From the NCBI GenBank assembly GCA_950097015.1, contig CATNEN010000008.1, positions 3,534,001 through 3,598,000 on the forward strand: DNA of 64,000 bases, read 5' to 3'. The notes under the pieces were generated by a model. It worked only from the letters and a program-made list of their open reading frames with translations, had not been told where the DNA came from and ran no database searches. Each line of letters begins with the position of its first letter. Position 1 is the first letter of the stretch. Source of the DNA: Macrostomum hystrix (lineage: Eukaryota > Animalia > Platyhelminthes). This document shows positions 53,525 through 64,000 of this stretch, piece by piece. The position numbers were made by a program, and so were the translations under genes.

Positions 53525-54800
53525 TCAGTTGACCAGGTCGCTAATCTGGGCGCATCTGTCGGCGTACAGATCTGCAAAGCGTCTGGCCAACTCCAGGAAC
53601 GGCAGGTCAACTCCGTGACCCTCCTTTGCCGACGCTTCGAAGTACATCAGACCGGCCGACTGGGCCAGCTCCTGGCCCTGGCTCGGCGTCACAATGCGTC
53701 GATTTTCGAGATCAGATTTTAGCGCCACGAGAGCCGTTGGTATCGGGGTGGTCTGTCAGCAATGAGAAATGAGAATGCTTTCGCGCTATAAGAAACGGCA
53801 TAACACGGCACTCAGACACTCAGACACACAACCCGTCCCAATGGAACAAACAGGCTCTCAAAGACACTCAGACACACAACCCGTCACAATGGAACAAACA
53901 GCTCTCAAAGACACTCAGACACACAACCCGTCCCAATGGAACAAACAGCTCTCAAAGACACTCAGACACACAACCCGTCCCAATGGAACAAACAGGCTCT
54001 CAAAGACACTCAGACACACAACCCGTCACAATGGAACAAACAGCTCTCAAAGACACTCAGACACACAACCCGTCACAATGGAACAAACAGCTCTCAAAGA
54101 CACTCAGACACACAACCCGTCACAATGGAACAAACAGCTCTCAAAGACACTCAGACACACAACCCGTCACAATGGAACAAACAGCTCTCAAAGACACTCA
54201 GACACACAACCCGTCACAATGGAACAAACAGCTCTCAAAGACACTCAGACACACAACCCGTCACAATGGAACAAACAGGCCTCAAAAACGTCAAACCGAC
54301 AGCCGCTACTCCTGTCCCACCATCTGCTGCTGTCCCGCCTGATCCCGCTGCTTCTGCTGCGTCGGTGGAGGCCGCTTCAAATGGGTGCCGCGACCTCGCT
54401 CAACCAGCCTGGGCAGGCGCGTCAGCCAGTGCTGGCACCTGGTTAGCGAGGCCTCACTCGTGACGTCATAGGCCAGCAGGCACAGATCCGGGCACTCCGC
54501 GTGGCTCTCGACAGTCTCGGCGTAGGCGTCCTGTCCAGCGCAGTCGTAGATGTGCAGCTCAACCTGCACCTGATGCTGCTGCTGCTGTTGCAGCTGCAAT
54601 TGATGCTGCTCAGATAGTCGACTGCTCAACGGAGCACTTTGGGACGGAGTAACGGACTTCACCAACAGCTCAACGCCGGTGGTCATGTTGTAGTTCTTGG
54701 GGAAGTGCTGACCGTCAGAGTGGAAGGCCTGCACTAGGGAGCTCTTGCCAACTGCCGCGTCGCCAAGGACGACAGTTTTGGCTCGCAGAAGCAGAGGCAT
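53525..54800 (-). CDS. IFT27: Intraflagellar transport small GTPase IFT27/RABL4, 2 exons, about 235 aa
   Basis: Exons 54800-54321 and 53752-53525, phase 0. AKTVVLGDAAVGKSSL..FHSDGQHFPKNYNMTTGVELLVK, VELHIYDCAGQ, LAYDVT, KSDLENRR, FEASAKE..VDLPF; no C-terminal prenylation motif, as in IFT27. Confidence 0.92.
53805..54285. repeat. 47-bp minisatellite in the IFT27 intron
   Basis: Unit ACACTCAGACACACAACCCGTCACAATGGAACAAACAGCTCTCAAAG, about 10 copies. Confidence 0.95.
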
Positions 54801-55189
54801 TTTTACCTATCTTCTAGGAGAGCAAGACCGTAGTGGGCCTCAACGACAGAATTAAGGCTCACAACTTTTTATCCCAGTCTGAAAGCAATCTCTTCCCAGT
54901 CTCTCTCTTCCCATTCCAGAATCTTTTTGTTCCTGAACTTGTTGCTAATTCCCTAACCCTTATCCTAAATCTTCTCTGAATAACGCACATCTGGAGTACA
55001 TTGTCACATTGCAGGGTTATTCTTGCGAATTAAAATGGGAGTGAATATTTCTTGCCTTTTCTATTCCATCGCTTTGGTGCCTTTGTTTCTTTCTTTGTAG
55101 AGGAGTGTAAACTTTGCAATGGCTAAACATTGCGTACAGCACTCACTCTCCCACAACTAATATTCTCATTTCTCCCACCACAATTCCAC

Positions 55190-58100
55190 TTACAACCCCA
55201 CCAGCCATCCCCGCTCCCACCACTAATCCCATCTCCCACCACTAATCCCCTCTCCTAACACTAATCCCCTCTCCGACCGCTAATCCACTCTCGCACCACT
55301 AATCCACTCTCCCACCACCAATCCACTATCGCACGTCTAATCCACTCTCCCACACCACTAATCCCCTCTCGCACCACTAATCCACTCTGGCATCACTAAT
55401 CCACTCTCCCACCACCAATCCACTATCGCACGTCTAATCCACTCTCCCACACCACTAATCCCCTCTCGCACCACTAATCCACTCTGGCATCACTAATCCA
55501 CTCATCCATCACTAATCCACTCATCCATCACTAATCCACTCATCCATCACTAATCCACTCATCCATCACTAATCCACTCATCCATCACTAATCCACTCAT
55601 CCATCACTAATCCACTCATCCATCACTAATCCACTCATCCATCACTAATTCACTCTCCCAACACTAATCCACTCATCCATCACTAATCCACTCTGGCATC
55701 ACTAATCCACTCATCCATCACTAATCCACTCATCCATCACTAATCCACTCATCCATCACTAATCCACTCATCCATCACTAATTCACTCATCCATCACTAA
55801 TCCACTCATCCATCACTAATTCACTCATCCATCACTAATCCACTCATCCATCACTAATTCACTCATCCATCACTAATCCACTCATCCATCACTAATTCAC
55901 TCATCCATCACTAATCCACTCATCCATCACTAATTCACTCATCCATCACTAATCCACTCATCCATCACTAATTCACTCATCCATCACTAATCCACTCATC
56001 CATCACTAATCCACTCATCCATCACTAATCCACTCATCCATCACTAATCCACTCATCCATCACTAATTCACTCTCCCAACACTAATCCACTCATCCATCA
56101 CTAATCCACTCATCCATCACTAATCCACTCATCCATCACTAATCCACTCATCCATCACTAATTCACTCATCCATCACTAATCCACTCATCCATCACTAAT
56201 TCACTCATCCATCACTAATCCACTCATCCATCACTAATTCACTCATCCATCACTAATCCACTCATCCATCACTAATTCACTCATCCATCACTAATCCACT
56301 CATCCATCACTAATCCACTCATCCATCACTAATCCACTCATCCATCACTAATCCACTCATCCATCACTAATTCACTCTCCCAACACTAATCCACTCATCC
56401 ATCACTAATCCACTCATCCATCACTAATCCACTCATCCATCACTAATCCACTCATCCATCACTAATCCACTCATCCATCACTAATTCACTCATCCATCAC
56501 TAATCCACTCATCCATCACTAATTCACTCATCCATCACTAATCCACTCATCCATCACTAATCCACTCATCCATCACTAATCCACTCATCCATCACTAATC
56601 CACTCATCCATCACTAATTCACTCATCCATCACTAATCCACTCATCCATCACTAATCCACTCATCCATCACTAATCCACTCATCCATCACTAATCCACTC
56701 ATCCATCACTAATTCACTCATCCATCACTAATTCACTCATCCATCACTAATCCACTCATCCATCACTAATTCACTCATCCATCACTAATCCACTCATCCA
56801 TCACTAATCCACTCATCCATCACTAATCCACTCATCCATCACTAATCCACTCATCCATCACTAATTCACTCTCCCAACACTAATCCACTCATCCATCACT
56901 AATCCACTCATCCATCACTAATCCACTCATCCATCACTAATCCACTCATCCATCACTAATCCACTCATCCATCACTAATTCACTCTCCAACACTAATCCA
57001 CTCATCCATCACTAATTCACTCTCCCAACACTAATCCACTCATCCATCACTAATCCACTCATCCATCACTAATTCACTCTCCCAACACTAATCCACTCAT
57101 CCATCACTAATTCACTCTCCCAACACTAATCCACTCATCCATCACTAATTCACTCTCCCAACACTAATCCACTCATCCATCACTAATTCACTCTCCCAAC
57201 ACTAATCCACTCATCCATCACTAATTCACTCTCCCAACACTAATCCACTCATCCATCACTAATTCACTCATCCATCACTAATTCACTCTCCCAACACTAA
57301 TCCACTCATCCATCACTAATTCACTCTCCCAACACTAATCCACTCATCCATCACTAATTCACTCTCCCAACACTAATCCACTCATCCATCACTAATCCAC
57401 TCATCCATCACTAATTCACTCTCCCAACACTAATCCACTCATCCATCACTAATTCACTCTCCCAACACTAATCCACTCATCCATCACTAATTCACTCTCC
57501 CAACACTAATCCACTCATCCATCACTAATTCACTCTCCCAACACTAATCCACTCATCCATCACTAATCCACTCATCCATCACTAATCCACTCATCCATCA
57601 CTAATCCACTCATCCATCACTAATCCACTCATCCATCACTAATTCACTCTCCCAACACTAATCCACTCATCCATCACTAATTCACTCTCCCAACACTAAT
57701 CCACTCATCCATCACTAATTCACTCTCCCAACACTAATCCACTCATCCATCACTAATCCACTCATCCATCACTAATCCACTCATCCATCACTAATCCACT
57801 CATCCATCACTAATCCACTCATCCATCACTAATTCACTCTCCCAACACTAATCCACTCATCCATCACTAATTCACTCTCCCAACACTAATTCACTCATCC
57901 ATCACTAATTCACTCATCCATCACTAATTCACTCTCCCAACACTAATCCACTCATCCATCACTAATTCACTCTCCCAACACTAATCCACTCATCCATCAC
58001 TAATTCACTCTCCCAACACTAATCCACTCATCCATCACTAATCCACTCATCCATCACTAATTCACTCTCCCAACACTAATCCACTCATCCATCACTAATC

Positions 58101-60750
58101 CACTCATCCATCACTAATCCACTCATCCATCACTAATCCACTCATCCATCACTAATCCACTCATCCATCACTAATCCACTCATCCATCACTAATCCACTC
58201 ATCCATCACTAATCCACTCATCCATCACTAATTCACTCTCCCAACACTAATCCACTCATCCATCACTAATTCACTCTCCCAACACTAATCCACTCATCCA
58301 TCACTAATCCACTCATCCATCACAAATCCACTCATCCATCACTAATCCACTCATCCATCACTAATTCACTCATCCATCACTAATCCACTCATCCATCACT
58401 AATCCACTCATCCATCACTAATTCACTCTCCCAACACTAATCCACTCATCCATCACTAATCCACTCATCCATCACTAATTCACTCTCCCAACACTAATCC
58501 ACTCATCCATCACTAATTCACTCTCCCAACACTAATCCACTCATCCATCACTAATCCACTCTCCCAACACTAATCCACTCATCCATCACTAATCCACTCA
58601 TCCATCACTAATCCACTCATCCATCACTAATCCACTCATCCATCACTAATCCACTCATCCATCACTAATCCACTCATCCATCACTAATCCACTCATCCAT
58701 CACTAATCCACTCATCCATCACTAATCCACTCATCCATCACTAATCCACTCATCCATCACTAATCCACTCATCCATCACTAATCCACTCATCCATCACTA
58801 ATCCACTCTCCCAACACTAATCCACTCATCCATCACTAATTCACTCTCCCAACACTAATCCACTCATCCATCACTAATCCACTCATCCATCACTAATCCA
58901 CTCATCCATCACTAATCCACTCATCCATCACTAATCCACTCATCCATCACTAATTCACTCATCCAACACTAATCCACTCATCCATCACTAATTCACTCTC
59001 CCAACACTAATCCACTCATCCATCACTAATTCACTCTCCCAACACTAATTCACTCATCCATCACTAATCCACTCTCCCAACACTAATTCACTCATCCATC
59101 ACTAATTCACTCATCCAACACTAATCCACTCTCCCAACACTAATTCACTCATCCATCACTAATCCACTCATCCATCACTAATCCACTCATCCAACACTAA
59201 TCCACTCATCCATCACTAATTCACTCTCCCAACACTAATTCACTCATCCATCACTAATCCACTCTCCCAACACTAATCCACTCATCCATCACTAATTCAC
59301 TCATCCATCACTAATCCACTCTCCCAACACTAATTCACTCATCCATCACTAATCCACTCATCCATCACTAATCCACTCATCCATCACTAATCCACTCATC
59401 CAACACTAATCCACTCATCCATCACTAATTCACTCTCCCAACACTAATTCACTCATCCAACACTAATTCACTCATCCATCACCAATCCACTCATCCATCA
59501 CTAATCCACTCATCCATCACTAATCCACTCATCCAACACTAATCCACTCATCCATCACTAATTCACTCTCCCAACACTAATTCACTCATCCATCACTAAT
59601 CCACTCATCCATCACTAATCCACTCATCCATCACTAATTCACTCTCCCAACACTAATCCACTCATCCATCACTAATCCACTCATCCATCACTAATCCACT
59701 CATCCATCACTAATCCACTCATCCATCACTAATTCACTCTCCCAACACTAATTCACTCATCCATCACTAATCCACTCATCCATCACTAATCCACTCATCC
59801 ATCACTAATTCACTCTCCCAACACTAATTCACTCATCCAACACTAATTCACTCATCCATCACCAATCCACTCATCCATCACTAATTCACTCATCCATCAC
59901 CAATTCACTCATCCATCACTAATTCACTCATCCATCACTAATCCACTCTCCCAACACTAATTCACTCATCCATCACTAATCCACTCATCCATCACCAATC
60001 CACTCATCCATCACTAATTCACTCATCCATCACAAATCCACTCATCCATCACTAATCCACTCATCCATCACTAATCCACTCATCCATCACTAATCCACTC
60101 ATCCATCACTAATTCACTCTCCCAACACTAATCCACTCATCCATCACTAATCCACTCATCCATCACTAATTCACTCTCCCAACACTAATCCACTCATCCA
60201 TCACTAATCCACTCATCCATCACTAATTCACTCTCCCAACACTAATCCACTCATCCATCACTAATTCACTCTCCCATCACTAATCCACTCATCCATCACT
60301 AATCCACTCATCCATCACTAATCCACTCATCCATCACTAATCCACTCATCCATCACTAATCCACTCATCCATCACTAATTCACTCTCCCAACACTAATCC
60401 ACTCATCCATCACTAATCCACTCTCCCAACACTAATCCACTCATCCATCACTAATTCACTCTCCCATCACTAATCCACTCATCCATCACTAATCCACTCA
60501 TCCATCACTAATCCACTCATCCATCACTAATTCACTCTCCCAACACTAATCCACTCATCCATCACTAATTCACTCTCCCATCACTAATCCACTCATCCAT
60601 CACTAATCCACTCATCCATCACTAATCCACTCATCCATCACTAATCCACTCATCCAACACTAATCCACTCTCGCACTACTAATTCACTCTCCCAACACTA
60701 ATCCACTCTCCCATCACTAATCCACTCTCCCAACACTAATCCCCTCTCGC
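55190..60750. repeat. 5.5-kb 19-bp satellite (CACTAATCCACTCATCCAT; variants CACTAATTCACTCATCCAT, CACTAATTCACTCTCCCAA)
   Basis: About 290 copies, degenerate at both edges. Confidence 0.98.
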
Positions 60751-60946
60751 ACAACAATTTCTTTAGTGACTTTGATTTTTATATTGACGGCTGAATTAAA
60801 AAAATTGACCTCTTAAAGGCGACTGGGAAATCAATCGGTTTATTTTAAATGAAAAATCATATAGAATATTTAACGCTATAAAATTTCTTTTTTTGTGTCA
60901 GGAATGTTAGCAAAACTAAATTCCAAGAACCTCAGAGTCAGTTTGA

Positions 60947-61413
60947 TCACTGAATCCGGAAGGCCGGCTTTCCCGTCACGCGCTCGATGTAGTCCAGCTC
61001 GCGCTTCATCTGGCACAGGGCGCACGGCAGCGAGCAGCCGCTGGTGACGCAACAGTCGTCGATGGCTCCTCCGGCGATGCCGTGGGCGGCCCTCAGCTTG
61101 GTCCGATAGACCAGCGGGGCCGAGTGCCCGCACATGGCCAAGCAGATGGGCGCGCAGCAGCTCTCGCCCAGCCGAGGTGACAGGCAGCAGCACAGGTAGC
61201 AGGGCGCGCACCAGGCCACCAGGCAGCAGGAGCTCATGTCCTCGCAGCAGCCGCAGAGGCTGGTCGACCAGGTGCGAGGTCCGGGCTCGGCCGGCTGATT
61301 GGTGACTATGTTGGTCAGGTTCACCATGATGTGATGCCCGCTTGCTGTCTGCTGGTTGTAGCCCATCCTGTAAGGATCCGATGCGGCTGATGGTGGCTGC
61401 TGCTGCATCACCC

Positions 61414-61458
<45 letters not shown>

Positions 61459-61507
61459 TATCATCCTGATCGTACTTTGGCGGACTCGCATAATTGTACT
61501 CGGCCAT
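60947..61507 (-). CDS. PLAC8/cornifelin-family Cys-rich protein, paralogue A (186 aa, single coding exon)
   Basis: VTNQP..RTWSTSLCGCCEDMSSCCLVAWCAPC, LGESCC, YRTKLRAAHGIAGGAIDDCC, CSLPCALCQMKREL: the PLAC8 domain pattern (W.TGLC.C..D...C....C.PC ... R.. .GI.G....DC ... C..C..CQ..RE); polyQ N-terminus. Confidence 0.9.
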
Positions 61508-61899
61508 AATTTACTCTCCGAATGGGTGTTAGTAAATAGATTTATTTTCACTACGCCTCATATATAGATCTTTGAATTGCGCCAAATAAACAGATTTTAT
61601 AAGCATTCAATTTGAGTGTCGTTTCTTAGAACTTACCAAGATTTCTAAGAAATCTGTGCGCTTTACCGTTTCGCTTTCTCTTTGGTCCAGAAGATAGTAT
61701 CGGATCTGTGCTCTTATCTGTGTGCAGGCAGCTTAACGAATAGCTGATTAGTGTAAGCTTCACTGTGTTGTAGCAGTTGTGCTAAAAACACAGACAACTG
61801 GCCCCATGTCACCTACTTATCTACCCGTTGCATTCGCTTTTATTTTCGATTTTTATTGCTGAATGTGTTTACTCACCGGAAGCAGCCCGCTAATGTGCT

Positions 61900-62700
61900 C
61901 ACATTCTCACCTCAGTCACTAATCCTCTGTCACATTCTCACATCAGTCACTAATCCACTGTCACATTCTCGCCTCAGTCACTAATCCTCTGTCACATTCT
62001 CGCCTCAGTCACTAATCCTCTGTCACATTCTCACATCAGTCACTAATCCTCTGTCACATTCTCATCTCAGTCACTAATCCACTGTCACATTCTCGCCTCA
62101 GTCACTAATCCTGTCACATTCTCACATCAGTCACTAATCCACTGTCACATTCTCATCTCAGTCACTAATCCACTGTCACATTCTCGCCTCAGTCACTAAT
62201 CCTGTCACATTCTCACATCAGTCACTAATCCACTGTCACATTCTCATCTCAGTCACTAATCCACTGTCACATTCTCGCCTCAGTCACTAATCCACTGTCA
62301 CATTCTCGCCTCAGTCACTAATCCTGTCACATTCTCACATCAGTCACTAATCCACTGTCACATTCTCATCTCAGTCACTAATCCACTGTCACATTCTCGC
62401 CTCAGTCACTAATCCACTGTCACATTCTCGCCTCAGTCACTAATCCTGTCACATTCTCACATCAGTCACTAATCCACTGTCACATTCTCATCTCAGTCAC
62501 TAATCCACTGTCACATTCTCGCCTCAGTCACTAATCCTCTGTCACATACTCACCTCAGTCACTAATCCACTGTCACATTCTCATCTCAGTCACTAATCCA
62601 CTGTCACATTCTCACCTGAGTCACTAATCCACTGTCACATTCTCGCCTCAACACTAATCTACTGTCACATTCTCACCTCAGTCACTAATCCTGTCACATA
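61900..62700. repeat. 31-bp minisatellite (CAGTCACTAATCCACTGTCACATTCTCGCCT)
   Basis: About 25 copies; shares CACTAATCCACT with the 19-bp satellite. Confidence 0.95.
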
Positions 62701-62919
62701 ACCCAGTGACTGTGATAAAAAGAAATACTTTAAAAAATGATTAGCATATTACACTTGTAATTTCCAAAATTTGAAGCACTTTTTTGTCTCGAGTTGAACT
62801 TGAAAAATAAGTTTAGTATAATTATTGCATAATGACTTTGTTAAAACGATAGCAATGATATTCTATTGCGGAGTGATATTTTGAATTGCTTTTGGCTACG
62901 CGAACTTCGCAATTTTTTC

Positions 62920-63140
62920 CATTACCCATCTCAAATCACCTGAGCAGTCATTACCCATCTCAAAATCACCTGAGCAGTCATTACCCATCTCAAAATCACC
63001 TGAGCAGTCATTACCCATCTCAAAATCACCTGAGCAGTCATTACCCATCTCAAATCACCTGAGCAGTCATTACCCATCTCAAAATCACCTGAGCAGTCAT
63101 TACCCATCTCAAATCACCTGAGCAGTCATTACCCCTCTAA
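62920..63140. repeat. 29-30-bp minisatellite (ATTACCCATCTCAAAATCACCTGAGCAGTC)
   Basis: About 7 copies. Confidence 0.95.
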
Positions 63141-63287
63141 AATGAGTCATTAAATCGGGTCTTTTGGTTTTTTAAATATAAAAGCGTAGAATAAGATTCC
63201 CAAAATTTTGGGAGCTGGAATCTGACAGATATAGTGTCAGACAATCAAGTCCCATTGTCCATAATCCGATCTGTAGCTACTGGGTCG

Positions 63288-63748
63288 TCACATCCTCACA
63301 AAGGCCGGCTTTCCCGTCACGCGCTCGATGTAGTCCAGCTCGCGCTTCATCTGGCACAGGGCGCACGGCAGCGAGCAGCCGCTGGTGACGCAACAGTCGT
63401 CGATGGCTCCTCCGGCGATGCCGTGGGCGGCCCTCAGCTTGGTCCGATAGACCAGCGGGGCCGAGTGCCCGCACATGGCCAAGCAGATGGGCGCGCAGCA
63501 GCTCTCGCCCAGCCGAGGTGACAGGCAGCAGCACAGGTAGCAGGGCGCGCACCAGGCCACCAGGCAGCAGGAGCTCATGTCCTCGCAGCAGCCGCAGAGG
63601 CTGGTCGACCAGGTGCGAGGTCCGGGCTCGGCCGGCTGATTGGTGATCACGTTGGTCAGGTTCACCATCACTTGATCTCCCGACGGCTGATTGTAGCCTA
63701 TACGATACGGGTCCGTTTCATATGGTACCGGCTGCTGCTGCACCACCC

Positions 63749-63782
<34 letters not shown>

Positions 63783-63842
63783 ATTCTCATAATCAGCCAC
63801 TGTGTCGTACTTTGGCGGAGCGCTGGGAGTGTAAGAAGCCAT
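63288..63842 (-). CDS. PLAC8/cornifelin-family Cys-rich protein, paralogue B (184 aa, single coding exon)
   Basis: Same PLAC8 domain as paralogue A, diverged N-terminus; CACAG acceptor ends 8 nt before the ATG. Confidence 0.9.
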
Positions 63843-63919
63843 AATCCCACCTGTGACGCAGAGGGTAATGTGTCGCTTGATCCATTCCTGATCATTTCGT
63901 CTGTCACTGCAACATCCTT

Positions 63920-64000
63920 CTCTGTGTCACCCTGCTTCTCACAGTCTCACCCTGCTTCTCACAGTCTCACCCTGCTTCTCACAGTCTCACCCTGCTTCTC
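63920..64000. repeat. 20-bp minisatellite (CTTCTCACAGTCTCACCCTG), runs off the window end
   Basis: At least 3-4 copies. Confidence 0.85.

Noticed and set aside
55190-60750. Telomeric or interstitial telomere array
   Set aside because: The unit is 19 bp with only TTAGTG on the G strand, not TTAGGG tandem repeats, and ordinary genes flank it on both sides.

Overview
Eukaryotic, intron-containing animal genomic DNA; no prokaryotic features. The combination of GC-rich exons with CAG-type homopolymer runs, a private minisatellite in most introns and many intergenic gaps, and splice acceptors just upstream of coding starts suggests a free-living flatworm such as Macrostomum (inference, not verified). 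Ten gene families could be reconstructed by hand, eight with phase-consistent GT-AG junctions: INTS8 (+), a complete cyclooxygenase/PTGS (+), SNX7/30-like sorting nexin (-), SLC25A34/35-like mitochondrial carrier (-), ZIP9/SLC39A9 (-), PEX2 (+), SMCO4 (+), an EDA/Eiger-like TNF-family ligand (+), IFT27/RABL4 (-) and two PLAC8/cornifelin paralogues (-). About 30 tandem arrays (4-51 bp units, up to 5.5 kb) cover a large part of the window. Also present are a decayed mariner, a hAT-like MITE, an LTR plus PBS remnant and tRNA-derived SINEs. The most notable observations are: (1) two genes with no genomic ATG but in-frame acceptors, which would fit a spliced-leader-donated AUG; (2) a catalytically intact COX with a mixed COX-1/COX-2 pocket; (3) a divergent TNF ligand; (4) about 28 tandem IR1 nuclear-receptor elements upstream of the carrier gene; (5) a structured IR/TSD-bounded element sharing its core with a SINE; (6) a 346-nt identical tract between the PLAC8 paralogues; (7) a CCCAGATC-type motif shared by many unrelated minisatellites. 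All alignments and counts were made by eye and need computational confirmation.
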